Assembly (NCBI RefSeq): GCF_000327045.1
Contig: NC_019940.1
Location: 2,954,038 to 2,986,037, forward strand
DNA: 32,000 bases
Reading direction: 5' to 3'
Source: Thioflavicoccus mobilis 8321
GTDB taxonomy: Bacteria; Pseudomonadota; Gammaproteobacteria; Chromatiales; Chromatiaceae
Under the pieces are notes generated by a model. The model was not told the origin of the DNA. It worked only from the letters and a program-made list of their open reading frames with translations, and made no database searches. The position numbers and the translations under genes are program-made. Positions 1-9,755 of the stretch are shown one piece after another (position 1 is the first letter of the stretch; each line of letters starts with the position of its first letter).

Positions 1-561
1 ATTGCCTGGCAGGCACACGCCTCGGCAGAACTTGCCATTCTCCTCACCCTGGCGAGCGTGATTATCGCCTTCCTATTTTACAATCTCCGCCCCAGTGCCC
101 CAGCCGCGATCTTCATGGGCGATGCTGGAAGCATGTTTCTCGGGTTTATACTGGCTTGGTTTTTGATAGATTTCTCTCAGGGTGAAGAGCGGCTTATCGC
201 CCCCACAACCGCGCTTTGGCTGTTCGCCTTACCACTATTCGATACACTCTGCGTGATAACGCGCCGACTGATGCAGAGACAGTCACCTTTTTCTGCTGAC
301 CGCGCCCATTGCCACCACGTGCTGCAAGACGTTGGATTGTCGCGCCACGGGACGCTTGTGGCGATAGTCTTGTTCGCAGTGGCCGCGGCGGCCATCGGCC
401 TCGCCGGACAGTGGCTCGGCGTCCCAGAACCATTGATGTTGGGCGGCTTCCTGCTGTCGCTCGCGATCTACACCCTGCTCATCAATCGCTTCACTCAGAC
501 GAAAACGGATTTCTGGCCTGGACTTATTCGACAGCTGCAACAGTCTCAGACCCGGGACTAG
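1..561 (+). CDS. Glycosyltransferase family 4 (WecA/MraY-like polyprenyl-phosphate sugar-1-phosphate transferase), C-terminal part; the 5' end lies outside the window
   Basis: Frame 1 is open from nt 1 (IAWQAHASAELAILLTLAS...) into ORF 58..561. The translated 'FMGDAGSMFLGFILAWFLI' matches the conserved GDxGS membrane motif of the MraY/WecA family. Several hydrophobic helices follow it. Confidence 0.75.
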   Translation: MAWQAHASAELAILLTLASVIIAFLFYNLRPSAPAAIFMGDAGSMFLGFILAWFLIDFSQGEERLIAPTTALWLFALPLFDTLCVITRRLMQRQSPFSADRAHCHHVLQDVGLSRHGTLVAIVLFAVAAAAIGLAGQWLGVPEPLMLGGFLLSLAIYTLLINRFTQTKTDFWPGLIRQLQQSQTRD

Positions 562-746
562 CTGCGAGCCGCATCCGCTGGCCTGTTCGAGCCGGTCAAT
601 GCCGGAAGACTTGGTCCCGAAGGGCACCCTCGCCCGCCATTGGGCCCGTACGCCTTGGCGAGGTTGCTCCTCCGAAGCCTAAATCTCGGCGTGGACGCCC
701 CTGCGTCGGGGACCCACGACAGTGAACTCGGGTCTCCCCTGTACCG

Positions 747-2195
747 TCAGATCACAAACAAATCCATGAACCGGTGGACCGGTGTCGCCGCGAGGCGCCC
801 GGGATCCTGGCACAGATCCAGGATGCGTTGCGCCTGGACCCGTGGGAAGCGGGTACGCAGCGCCGCCTCGAATTTGCGCTCCAACACCGGAATCCCCTCG
901 GCCCGCCGGCGGCGGTGACCGATCGGATACTCGATCTCGATACGGTCCGTACTGGTGCCATCTTTGAAGAAGACCTGGATCGCGTTGGCGATCGAACGCT
1001 TACTGGGGTCCAGATAGTCACGGGTATAGCGCGGATCCTCTCGTACAACCATCCGTTCGCGCAAGGCGTCGATCCGCGGGTCGCTAGCCACCGAGTCTTC
1101 ATAGTCGGCCGCAGTCAGACGACCGAAGATCAACGGCACGGCCACCATGTATTGTAGGCAGTGGTCGCGGTCGGCCGGGTTGTGGAGCGGCCCATCCTTG
1201 CTGATGATGCGCACCGCCGACTCCTGCGTCGTGAGCTCGATCCGCTCGATTTGATCGAGGCGATCCTTGACCTGCGGATGTAGCTGCATCGCACACTCCA
1301 CCGCGGTCTGGGCGTGGAACTCGGCCGGGAAGCTGATCTTGAAAAGGACGTTCTCCATCACATAGGTGCCATAGTCGCGCTGCATGACGAACTTCTGGCC
1401 GCCGAAAAGCACATCGTAGAAACCCCAGTGCGGCGCGCTTAGGACCGAGGGCAGGCCCATCTCACCCTTGTCGACCATCATCGCCAGGCGCACGGCACGC
1501 GAAGCGGCATCGCCGGCCGCCCAGGACTTGCGCGAACCTGTGTTCGGCGCATGCCGATAGGTCCGCAGCGCCTGCCCGTCGACCAAGGCCTGGCTCAGTG
1601 TATCGATGACCTGCTCCTTGCTCGCGCCAAGCATCCGCGCGGCGATCGCCGCCGAGGCGACCTTGACGAGCACCACATGGTCCAGACCGACCCGGTTGAA
1701 GCTGTTCTCCAGGGCCAGCACGCCCTGGATCTCATGCGCCTTGACCATGTAGCGCAGGACCTCGGCCATGGTCAGCGGGGCGCACCCCTCGGCGACGGCC
1801 TTGCGGGCCAGGTAGTCACCGAGACCGAGGATCGCGGCCATATTGTCGGACGGATGCCCCCATTCCGCGGCGAGCCAAGTGTCGTTGAAGTCGAGCCACC
1901 GCACGAGGGCCCCGAGGTCCCAGACCGCCTTCACCGGATCGAGGACGAACTGGGTGCCGGGCACCCGGGCGCCGTGCGGCACGACGGTGCCGGGGACGAT
2001 CGGCCCCAGATGCTTGATCGCTTCCGGGTACTGCAATGCCAGCATCGCACAACCGAGCGAATCCATCAGGCAGTGGCGGGCGGTGGTGATGGCCTCCTGG
2101 GAATGGACCTCGTAGTCGCAGACATAGTCGGCGATGGCGACCAGTTCTGGATCCGGATCAGGCCGAATATTGGCATCGGCGGTATGTAAACTCAT
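747..2195 (-). CDS. prpD: 2-methylcitrate dehydratase (MmgE/PrpD family)
   Basis: ORF 747..2255 trimmed to the ATG at 2195 (MSLHTADANIRPDPD...), which is preceded by a GGAGA Shine-Dalgarno. The protein has PrpD-family length and sequence character (e.g. 'WLDFNDTWLAAEWGHPSDN'). It is the last gene of a prpB-prpC-prpD array. Confidence 0.9.
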   Translation of the reverse strand: MSLHTADANIRPDPDPELVAIADYVCDYEVHSQEAITTARHCLMDSLGCAMLALQYPEAIKHLGPIVPGTVVPHGARVPGTQFVLDPVKAVWDLGALVRWLDFNDTWLAAEWGHPSDNMAAILGLGDYLARKAVAEGCAPLTMAEVLRYMVKAHEIQGVLALENSFNRVGLDHVVLVKVASAAIAARMLGASKEQVIDTLSQALVDGQALRTYRHAPNTGSRKSWAAGDAASRAVRLAMMVDKGEMGLPSVLSAPHWGFYDVLFGGQKFVMQRDYGTYVMENVLFKISFPAEFHAQTAVECAMQLHPQVKDRLDQIERIELTTQESAVRIISKDGPLHNPADRDHCLQYMVAVPLIFGRLTAADYEDSVASDPRIDALRERMVVREDPRYTRDYLDPSKRSIANAIQVFFKDGTSTDRIEIEYPIGHRRRRAEGIPVLERKFEAALRTRFPRVQAQRILDLCQDPGRLAATPVHRFMDLFVI

Positions 2196-2366
2196 GGCAA
2201 TCTCCGAGGGGAAGGGGAAACGGCGCCGCGCCTCGACCCAGTGATCGGCGCGCACTCCGGCGTGCGGAGGACTCCGCCGGAACGGAGTGGTCCCGCTCCG
2301 TACTCATCCTCCCACCCGCGCGGCTACAGGCCCCGTCGGCGTGGTGCAGGGAAACGAGTCGCGCCC

Positions 2367-3521
2367 TCAGCGGCGCTCGAGCGGCACCCAGCCGAGGTTT
2401 TCCGGCCCGGTGTAGTTGGCGCTCGGGCGGATGATCTTGCCATCGAGACGCTGCTCGATGACGTGCGCGACCCAGCCTGTCGTGCGTGAAATCACGAAGA
2501 TCGGCGTAAACAGCGAAGTCGGTACGCCCATCTGGGCATAGGAGACGGCAGAGAACCAGTCCAAATTGGGGAACATCGACTTGAGCTCCCACATCACCGA
2601 CTCGAGCCGCTCGGCGACCTGGAACCTCAGCATATCATCGTTGTTGGCGGACAGGCGCCGTGCGACATCCTTGATGACCTGATTGCGGGGGTCGGACACC
2701 GTGTACACGGGATGACCGAAGCCGATGATGATCTCCTTGCGGGCGACGCGCTCGCGTACGTCGGCCTCGGCCTCGTCGGGACTCGCGTAACGACTCTGAA
2801 TCTCGCAGGCCACCTCGTTGGCGCCACCGTGCTTGGGCCCGCGCAGAGCCCCGATCGCGCCCGTGATCGCCGAGTAGAGATCCGAGTGGGTTCCGGCGAT
2901 GACCCGCGCGGTAAAGGTCGAGGCGTTGAACTCGTGCTCCGCATAGAGGATCAGCGAGGTATGCATCGCCCGTACCCAGTCGGCGGACGGCGCACGCCCG
3001 TGCAGCAGGTGCAGGAAGTGGCCACCGACCGAATCGTCGTCGGTCTCCACCTCGATGCGCCGGCCGTGGTGGCTGTAGTGATACCAGTAGAGCAGCATGG
3101 ATCCGAACGAGGCCATCAAGCGATCGCCGATGGCCTGGGCCCCGGCGACCGGCGTGTGCTCCTTCTCGGGTTCCATGGTCCCGAGCAGGGAGGCGCCAGT
3201 GCGCAGGACATCCATTGGATGGGCAGCGGCCGGGATCTGCTCGAGGGCCAGCTTCATCGTCGCCGGCAGGCCGCGCAGAGACTTCAGGCGCTGCCTGTAG
3301 CTCGCCAACTCGGCACGGTTGGGCAGATGCCCGTGGATCAGCAGGTGGGCGATCTCCTCGAACTCCGCCTCGTCGGCGAAGTCCAGGATATCGTAGCCGC
3401 GATAGTGCAGATCGTTGCCGGTGCGGCCAACCGTGCAGATCGCCGTGTTGCCGGCAACGGTGCCGGACAGGGTGACGGACTTCTTCCGCTTCGGAACCCC
3501 GGCCTGTGGTTCATCGGCCAT
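2367..3521 (-). CDS. prpC: 2-methylcitrate synthase (citrate synthase family)
   Basis: ORF 2367..3563 trimmed to the ATG at 3521 (MADEPQAG...). Citrate-synthase motifs are present: 'LHYRGYDI', '[14 protein letters not shown]', '[13 protein letters not shown]' and 'GFGHPVYT'. It lies between prpB and prpD. Confidence 0.9.
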   Translation of the reverse strand: MADEPQAGVPKRKKSVTLSGTVAGNTAICTVGRTGNDLHYRGYDILDFADEAEFEEIAHLLIHGHLPNRAELASYRQRLKSLRGLPATMKLALEQIPAAAHPMDVLRTGASLLGTMEPEKEHTPVAGAQAIGDRLMASFGSMLLYWYHYSHHGRRIEVETDDDSVGGHFLHLLHGRAPSADWVRAMHTSLILYAEHEFNASTFTARVIAGTHSDLYSAITGAIGALRGPKHGGANEVACEIQSRYASPDEAEADVRERVARKEIIIGFGHPVYTVSDPRNQVIKDVARRLSANNDDMLRFQVAERLESVMWELKSMFPNLDWFSAVSYAQMGVPTSLFTPIFVISRTTGWVAHVIEQRLDGKIIRPSANYTGPENLGWVPLERR

Positions 3522-3644
3522 CTTCTTACCCTCGTGCTGTTGGATCGGCAGCCCCGCGTCCACCGGAGCTACGATCGGCCTCGAAGCCGGACCGGCTCGT
3601 CCTGAACCCGGCCAACCAGAGAAGCTCTGGTGCCGAAGCGCACC

Positions 3645-4532
3645 TCACTCCTTGCCGGCGGCGAACAACGCGTCGAGCTTCTGCTCGAAGCCGTGGTAGT
3701 TCAGGAAATCGTAGAGCTCCTCACGCGTCTGCATCCGCTCGACGACCCCGGCCTGGGTGCCATCACGGCGGATCGCTTGATAAACGTCGAGCGCTGCCTT
3801 GTTCATCGCCCGAAAGGCTGACAGCGGATAGAGCACCAGGGCGACGCCGGCCTCGGCGAGTTCGGTCGTCGAGAAGAGCGGCGTCGCGCCGAACTCGGTG
3901 ATATTGGCCAGGACGGGGACGCCGATCGCCGCGGCGAAGCGCCGGTACTGCTCAATCTCGGTCATCGCCTCCGGGAAGATCATGTCCGCGCCGGCCTCGA
4001 CGCAGGCCACGGCCCGCTCGATCGCGGCCTCCATCCCCTCAACGGCCAGGGCGTCGGTACGCGCCATGATCACGAAATCGTCGGTGCGCGCATCGACGGC
4101 CGCCTTGATGCGGTCGACCATCTCCGCCTGGGAGACGATCGCCTTGCCCGGGCGATGGCCACAGCGCTTGGCCGCGACCTGGTCCTCGATGTGACAACCG
4201 GCGGCTCCGCCGCGGATCAGCTGGCGCACGGTCCTGGCGATGTTGAAGGCCCCGCCCCAGCCCGTGTCGGCATCGACCAGCAGCGGCAACTCGCTCGCGT
4301 AGGTGATGCGGTGCACGTCCGCGAGCACATTGTCGAGGCTCGTCATGCCAAGGTCCGGCAACCCGTAGGAGGCCGCCGCGACGCCGCCACCTGAAAGATA
4401 AATGGCGCGGTAGCCGGTGCGCTCGGCCATCATCGCGTGATAGGCGTTGATCGCCCCGACGACCTGAAGGGGCCGCTCCTCGGCGACGGCTTGGCGCAGC
4501 TTCGCGCCTGGTGTCGTGCGGGATTGAGTCAT
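3645..4532 (-). CDS. prpB: 2-methylisocitrate lyase (PEP mutase/isocitrate lyase superfamily)
   Basis: 295-aa protein with '[11 protein letters not shown]' and the catalytic-loop-like '[15 protein letters not shown]'. Its start ATG (4532..4530) overlaps the stop of the upstream GntR gene (ATGA). Confidence 0.92.
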   Translation of the reverse strand: MTQSRTTPGAKLRQAVAEERPLQVVGAINAYHAMMAERTGYRAIYLSGGGVAAASYGLPDLGMTSLDNVLADVHRITYASELPLLVDADTGWGGAFNIARTVRQLIRGGAAGCHIEDQVAAKRCGHRPGKAIVSQAEMVDRIKAAVDARTDDFVIMARTDALAVEGMEAAIERAVACVEAGADMIFPEAMTEIEQYRRFAAAIGVPVLANITEFGATPLFSTTELAEAGVALVLYPLSAFRAMNKAALDVYQAIRRDGTQAGVVERMQTREELYDFLNYHGFEQKLDALFAAGKE

Positions 4533-5242
4533 TCGGATCCTCTCGATTCATCTTGCCGGGCGCCGAGCCGCCGCTCGGCGTAGCGCCGCGAGGCCCGGAT
4601 ATGGCGGCGCGTCAGCCACTCGGCGAGCTCGGCGTCGCGCTCGGCGATGGCATCAACGATCAGGCCATGTTCCGCGAGAGCGGCTTGGGAGCGTTCACCG
4701 GTCATGCCGAACTGGAAACGGTACATCCGTGCCGGGTAATAGAGATCGTCACAGAGCATCCCGATCAGCCGGCGGTTGCCGCTCCCCCGGGCGATCCGGA
4801 AATGGAAGTCGAGGTCGCCTTCCTTCTGGAAATAGGCCCCGGACGGATCGCCATCGACCTGGTCGCGGTGCCGCGCGAGCAACCCGCGCAGATCGGCGAT
4901 CTCGGCGGGCGTCATGCACTCGGCCGCCAACCTCGCCGCCATGCCCTCCAGGGACTCGCGCACCTGATAGATCTCGATCAAGCCGGCGAAGGTCAGGGTC
5001 ACCACCCGGGCGCCACAGTTGGCGCGCCGTTCGACGAGATTCGAGGACTCCAGCCGACGCAGCGCCTCGCGCAGCGGGCCGCGGCTGATGCCGTAGCGGG
5101 CCGCCATTTCAGGCTCGCTGAGCTTGCTGCCGCTCGCGATCTCGCCCTCGACGATCGCCTGGCGGATCTTGGCGAAGACCTCGTCGGCGATGGTGGTGGC
5201 GCCGAGATCGAACCCAAGCGCGGCCGTTGATCGCCTCACCAC
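4529..5242 (-). CDS. GntR-family transcriptional regulator (wHTH + FCD-like C-terminal domain), probable regulator of the prp cluster
   Basis: GntR wHTH '[33 protein letters not shown]' followed by an all-helical C-terminal domain. The start is uncertain. The ORF track begins at a TTG at 5335, but that adds ~45 aa ahead of the wHTH. I prefer the GTG at 5242 or 5239 (VVRRSTAAL...). None of these candidates has a clear SD. Confidence 0.8.
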   Translation of the reverse strand: MVRRSTAALGFDLGATTIADEVFAKIRQAIVEGEIASGSKLSEPEMAARYGISRGPLREALRRLESSNLVERRANCGARVVTLTFAGLIEIYQVRESLEGMAARLAAECMTPAEIADLRGLLARHRDQVDGDPSGAYFQKEGDLDFHFRIARGSGNRRLIGMLCDDLYYPARMYRFQFGMTGERSQAALAEHGLIVDAIAERDAELAEWLTRRHIRASRRYAERRLGARQDESRGSE

Positions 5243-5322
5243 GGATTCATATCGCTGAAGCTGCGCCGATTCTCTATCCGGTTCGCACTCGGTGCCGAGC
5301 TGAAGGGTTGCAGCACGAAATA

Positions 5323-5395
5323 TGTCGACAATCAACTGATGGATTCGCCAAATTTACCGAATATGAGAGGCGTGTCAATGGCAATTGTCGACAAT
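5323..5395. promoter_or_regulatory. Two copies of TGTCGACAAT; the second is part of a perfect 12-bp palindrome ATTGTCGACAAT. Candidate GntR-type operators
   Basis: TGTCGACAAT occurs at 5323..5332 and again at 5386..5395, so the copies start 63 bp apart. ATTGTCGACAAT (5384..5395) is its own reverse complement. Both lie just upstream of the preferred start of the GntR gene. A GT-N-AC-cored palindrome is the classic operator shape for GntR-family proteins. Confidence 0.45.
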
Positions 5396-5521
5396 ATAGA
5401 TGATTTGGTCGAGGCCTAGCATACATACGTGCCAGCTTGCCTCAAATGCCGCGCGAAGGGCTCGGAAGGCGAGATGGTAGGTGACACAAGGGATTGACGA
5501 CGCCCGAGCATCGAACGGCCG

Positions 5522-7417
5522 TCAACCCCGCTTGGCATAACCAATGGCGGCGAGTGCCTGTTTGATCTCGTCGAGTGTCGCCGGGTCGTCGATCGTCGCT
5601 GGCATCCGGTACTCTCTGCCGTCGGCGATCCGCTTCATCGTGCCGCGCAGGATCTTGCCGGAGCGGGTCTTCGGCAGGCGTTCGACGATGGCGACGTGCT
5701 TGAAGGCCGCGACCGGGCCGACCTCGTCGCGCACCAGGGCGATCAGCTCGTTCACGATGGCCGTCGAATCGCGAGTGACCCCTGCCTTGAGCACGACGAG
5801 CCCCACCGGCAGCTCGCCCTTGAGCTCGTCGGCCACCCCGATGACGGCGCACTCGGCGACATCCGCGTGCGATGCCAGCGCCCCCTCGATGCCCCCTGTC
5901 GACAGCCGATGCCCGGCCACGTTGATGACGTCGTCGATGCGGCTCATGACGAAGATGTAGCCGTCCTCGTCCAGGTAGCCGGCATCACCGGTGAGATAGT
6001 AGCCATCGACGGCCGAGAGATAGGATTCGACGAAGCGCTGGTCGTCGCCCCACAGCGTCGGCAGGCATCCGGGCGGCAACGGCAGCTTGATGAGGATGCG
6101 ACCGATATCGCCGGCGGCGACCGCATGCCCGTCCTCGTCGAGGACGCGCACGTCATAACCCGGCACCGCGACGGTCGGCGAGCCTGGTTTGACCGGCAGC
6201 CGCTCGATGCCGAGACAGTTGGCGGCGATCGCCCAACCCGTCTCCGTCTGCCACCAATGGTCGATGACCGGCACCTGAAGCATCTCCTGGGCCCAACGCA
6301 GCGTATCCGGGTCGCAACGCTCACCGGCGAGGAACAGGGCCCGGAAACCGGCGAGGTCATAGTCGGCGAGGAGTTCACCACGAGGGTCTGCCCGTTTGAT
6401 CGCCCGGAAGGCTGTCGGTGCCGTGAACAGGACATTGACGCCATGCTCCTCGATCACCCGCCAGAAGGCGCCGGCATCCGGCGTTCCGACTGGCTTGCCC
6501 TCGTAGAGCACGGTCGTGCAACCGGCGAGCAGCGGGCCATAAACGATATAGGAATGTCCGACCACCCAGCCGACGTCGGAGGCCGCCCAAAACACCTCGC
6601 CCGCCTTGACGTCGTAGACACTGCCCATGCTCCAGTGCAGCGCCACGGCATGGCCGCCATTGTCGCGCACGACGCCCTTCGGCTGACCCGTGGTGCCGGA
6701 GGTGTAGAGGATGTAGAGCGGATCCGTGGCGGCGATCGGGACGCACTCGGCGGGTGTCGCCGCGGCCACCGCCTCGGCCCAACCGGTGTCGCGATCGGCG
6801 ATCAGCTCGCCGGGTTCCTGCAGGCGCTGGAGGACGATGCAGCGCTTGGGTTTATGCGTCGCCAGCTCGATGGCTTCGTCGAGGAGCGGCTTGTAGTGCA
6901 CGACCCGATTCGGTTCGATGCCGCACGAGCCGGCGACGATCACCTTGGGTTTGGCGTCATCGATGCGCGTGGCGAGCTCGCGCGCCGAAAAACCACCGAA
7001 GACCACCGAGTGGACGGCACCGATGCGCGCACAGGCGAGCATCGCGATGACCGCCTCGGGCACCATCGGCATGTAGACGATGACCCGATCGCCCTTGCCG
7101 ACCCCCTGATCGCGCAGGGCCCCGGCGAAACGCGCGACACGATCCTGAAGCTGTGCGTAGCTGATGGTCTCCTGAGTCGAGGTGACCGGGCTGTCGTAGA
7201 TGATCGCGGCCTGCTCACCGCGGCCGGCCAGCACGTGCCGGTCGACCGCGTTGAAGCAGGTGTTGAGGGTGGCGCCGGCAAACCAGCGGTAGAAGGGTGG
7301 ATTGGAGGCATCGAGGACCCGATCCCATGCGCTATCCCAGTCGATCGCGCCCGCTACCTCGTCCCAAAACCCCGCCGGATCGCGCTTGGCGCGATCGTAG
7401 ACAGCCTGATAGCCCAT
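5522..7417 (-). CDS. prpE: Propionate--CoA ligase (acyl/acetyl-CoA synthetase family)
   Basis: ORF 5522..7426 trimmed to the ATG at 7417 (MGYQAVYDRAK...), with a GAGGAGGA SD about 9 nt upstream. It carries the AMP-binding signature 'YTSGTTGQPKG' and a PrpE/Acs-like N-terminus ('FWDEVAGAIDW...NPPFYRWFAGATLNTCFNAVDRH'). It is adjacent to prpBCD. Confidence 0.88.
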   Translation of the reverse strand: MGYQAVYDRAKRDPAGFWDEVAGAIDWDSAWDRVLDASNPPFYRWFAGATLNTCFNAVDRHVLAGRGEQAAIIYDSPVTSTQETISYAQLQDRVARFAGALRDQGVGKGDRVIVYMPMVPEAVIAMLACARIGAVHSVVFGGFSARELATRIDDAKPKVIVAGSCGIEPNRVVHYKPLLDEAIELATHKPKRCIVLQRLQEPGELIADRDTGWAEAVAAATPAECVPIAATDPLYILYTSGTTGQPKGVVRDNGGHAVALHWSMGSVYDVKAGEVFWAASDVGWVVGHSYIVYGPLLAGCTTVLYEGKPVGTPDAGAFWRVIEEHGVNVLFTAPTAFRAIKRADPRGELLADYDLAGFRALFLAGERCDPDTLRWAQEMLQVPVIDHWWQTETGWAIAANCLGIERLPVKPGSPTVAVPGYDVRVLDEDGHAVAAGDIGRILIKLPLPPGCLPTLWGDDQRFVESYLSAVDGYYLTGDAGYLDEDGYIFVMSRIDDVINVAGHRLSTGGIEGALASHADVAECAVIGVADELKGELPVGLVVLKAGVTRDSTAIVNELIALVRDEVGPVAAFKHVAIVERLPKTRSGKILRGTMKRIADGREYRMPATIDDPATLDEIKQALAAIGYAKRG

Positions 7418-7648
7418 CCTGCTCAATCCTCCTCGGTGTTAGAGCCGAGCACCCCTCTTCTCACCTCGAGACGTGCCTTCGCTGAGAAGTCGAAACGGCT
7501 AAGGCGGTTACCGCCTGTATAACACGGACATCAGGCGTAGAAGCACAGTTTCTGCTCATGATTTGTATTTAGAAATCCTCGTATTGCACGTCGTGCGCCG
7601 GATCTTTGCCAGCCGCTAACATGTCGTATCGTCCGCCGCCACCCGCCC

Positions 7649-8602
7649 TCAGAAGGCCGCGAGGAACCGCTCGACGAACAGGTCGTAGTCGTCTTCTGCC
7701 AGGACATTGATCCCGGCTGCACCCTTGCGGCCTCCGCCGGTCGGGAACTGCCGACACAAGGCGTCGGCACCTTCTCCGGTGGCCCGTGGTGAGCGCACGC
7801 TCACGACGAACCCACCTTCCGGGCGCGGCGTCAGCAGGGCGTGGGCACGCTCCGGCGCACCCCCCGCCAACTCGTTGGCGAAGACCCCGCTGATGCGTCG
7901 TGCCCAGGCCTCGGCCGGTAGCAGATAGAGCGCATGTCCCTCGCCCTCGTACTCGGGTCTAAGTCGATGCGCCCGCGCCATGTCGTCGGCGAAGCCTGCG
8001 CTCAAGATCGAAAAGGCTTCGTCCTCGGCCATGAAGAGGAGCGGATCGACGAACCCTTGCATTCGCCGATAGAGGGCGTCCGGCGGAAAGTGCAGATCGG
8101 CAACCCGTTCGCCGTAACCGTTGTAGTTGAGACAGATGCCCAACTCGCGCAAACGCACCAGGTCCTCCTCCGCCAGATCGAGCGGGGCGGCTGCCGTGCG
8201 CGCCGCAGCCTCCATGCCGTCACCGAAGGCCCCGACGGCGGCCCAGGCGCGCCAGCGGCCCTCGAGCGCGACATCGACCAACAGGCTCGTGCACCGATCC
8301 GGTGCCGGATCGATATGGGCGGAGAGCCTCGGATGCGCTGGAATCTCGCCGGCATAATGGTGATCGAAATAGGCCACAGGCACGTCGCGGGCAAGCAGCG
8401 CGAGCAGCGGTTCGCGATTCTTGTCGAGCGAGACATCCAGCACGGTCACCGACCCGGCCGTCTCGACCTGTACCCGTTCGAGAAGGGCGATATCGCGCTT
8501 GACACCGGTCACGAGGACCGAATCGATGGCCTCGACCAGCCTCAGCTGATGAAGGGCGCAGAGCCCATCGGCATCGCCGTTGAATACATCATAGTGGGTC
8601 AT
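7649..8602 (-). CDS. DHH-family phosphoesterase-like protein (DHH + DHHA1-like)
   Basis: N-terminal 'DVFNGDADG' (DxD motif), 'FDHHY' (DHH motif) and C-terminal 'GGGRKGAAG'. The last is a DHHA1 GGGH-type motif with Arg in place of His. Confidence 0.65.
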   Translation of the reverse strand: MTHYDVFNGDADGLCALHQLRLVEAIDSVLVTGVKRDIALLERVQVETAGSVTVLDVSLDKNREPLLALLARDVPVAYFDHHYAGEIPAHPRLSAHIDPAPDRCTSLLVDVALEGRWRAWAAVGAFGDGMEAAARTAAAPLDLAEEDLVRLRELGICLNYNGYGERVADLHFPPDALYRRMQGFVDPLLFMAEDEAFSILSAGFADDMARAHRLRPEYEGEGHALYLLPAEAWARRISGVFANELAGGAPERAHALLTPRPEGGFVVSVRSPRATGEGADALCRQFPTGGGRKGAAGINVLAEDDYDLFVERFLAAF

Positions 8603-8984
8603 TTTCGGGGGTCGCTCCGCGTTGGGGTCTCATGGTCCGGCTACGTTCAGGATGAAAACCTCACGACCGACCGGGCATGCCATTCCAGCGCCGCCGGCCA
8701 TATGCAATAGACGCAGGGCGGCTCGTGGGGCGCCGGCGGCGAAACTCGCAAGACCACACGAAGGGCTGCGAGGTCACGAGCCCCACTCGATTCATCATCG
8801 GCGCCACGACAACGAGCATCCCCTTGTCCCATCCTGACAGCCGGCCGTAATCCGAACGAAATAGCCGCGCACAGAATACATCCGCAAATAAGAATTGTTG
8901 CTTTTTCGTTGGCGCTAAAACGATATGGTAGCCTTGTTACCTGCCGTCAAAGTGCAAGAACCGTTGTCTTCGCAGCCGCTCCGT

Positions 8985-9248
8985 ATGACGTCCGATCCCG
9001 ATATGCTCGTCCTCACGCTCAATGACTTCCCCCCGGCCGCCGGGTCCGTATCCGCGGCCTGAACGGTCAAGGCGCCGTACGTACGTCAGCGACTGATGGA
9101 TCTTGGCTTGCTACCCAATATCGAGGTCACCATCGTTCGCAGTGCGCCACTCGACGATCCGATCCAGATCATGCTGGACACCAACCACGTCACGCTGCGG
9201 CGCACCGAGGCAGCGGCCATCGAGGTATCGGAAGAAGGCCTCGCATAG
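8985..9248 (+). pseudogene. feoA: feoA-like gene interrupted by an in-frame TGA (9060..9062)
   Basis: One frame reads MTSDPDMLVLTLNDFPPAAGSVSAA*TVKAPYVRQRLMDLGLLPNIEVTIVRSAPLDDPIQIMLDTNHVTLRRTEAAAIEVSEEGLA. The part after the stop is a typical FeoA SH3-like core (RxxLxxLGLxPG...V...APLGDPI...LRR.EA..IEV). The stop falls inside the domain. There is no ATG/GTG/TTG between the TGA and the ATG at 9096. Confidence 0.6.
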
Positions 9249-9305
9249 AAGCCGAGTTTCCGCATACGCGCTACTGAGCGGCCCAATCCCGCCGAGGTCC
9301 ACGCC

Positions 9306-9497
9306 ATGAGCAGCGCGCCGACGACAGTCATCACGACAGAGCCGGCCGTGCCCGACATCTCGGCCGATCATCACTTCGGCTGGGCCGACCTCGCAGTGAC
9401 CGCCACCATCATCGCCGCCGCCGGCTACTACCTCTATCGCAAGCCTTGGCGCCAGCGGGACACCTGCCCCGAATGTAGCGACGACAAGGGTTGTTGA
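9306..9497 (+). CDS. Small membrane protein with a Cys-rich tail, resembling the 'FeoB-associated Cys-rich membrane protein' family
   Basis: 63 aa. A hydrophobic helix 'LAVTATIIAAAGYYLY' is followed by basic residues and 'CPECSDDKGC'. It lies 58 nt downstream of feoA, where feoB would normally sit. Confidence 0.45.
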   Translation: MSSAPTTVITTEPAVPDISADHHFGWADLAVTATIIAAAGYYLYRKPWRQRDTCPECSDDKGC

Positions 9498-9711
9498 GGC
9501 GCCGAAACGACGCGCGGCGCAACGGGGCGACGAGGCAGCACCTGCGGATCCCCAAGGCCGAGCGCCGGCCTTAGGATCCGCTTCGTCATCGCTGCCCGGC
9601 CTCGTTCCCGCCGAAATCCGGCCTCTGTCGGGAAGATCCAAGGGTTGATGCTCAACCCCCCATTCCCCACATTAATCTTAGACGCGAAAGGACCCAAGAA
9701 GATTTACAGGC

Positions 9712-9740
9712 TTGCCGCGAACTTCGCCGGTCTCTAGACT
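9712..9740 (+). promoter_or_regulatory. Candidate sigma70 promoter of ssrA (TTGCCG-17 nt-TAGACT)
   Basis: TTGCCG at 9712..9717 and TAGACT at 9735..9740 with a 17-nt spacer. The -10 element ends 15 nt before the mature tmRNA 5' end, consistent with a short processed leader. Confidence 0.4.
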
Positions 9741-9755
9741 GTCGTATCTGACATC

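Noticed and set aside
7502-7516. Palindrome AGGCGGT-T-ACCGCCT between the DHH gene and prpE
   Set aside because: As RNA it could form only a ~5-bp stem, and no U-tract follows. A single short palindrome of this size is expected by chance in 32 kb.
5696-7522. 608-aa plus-strand ORF
   Set aside because: It lies entirely antisense to prpE, which has clear family motifs. The translation is Arg/Gly/Asp/His-rich with no recognisable domain, as is typical of shadow ORFs in GC-rich DNA.
8884-8902. Fur-box-like sequence GCAAATAAGAATTGTTGCT upstream of feoA
   Set aside because: It matches the 19-bp Fur consensus at only about 10 of 19 positions by eye. That is too weak to call without a scoring matrix, and the downstream gene appears defective.
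9060-9062. The in-frame TGA in feoA read as selenocysteine or programmed readthrough
   Set aside because: FeoA has no known selenoprotein form, and the aligned position in FeoA proteins is not a Cys. I see no convincing hairpin immediately downstream. A nonsense mutation or a sequencing error is the simpler explanation.
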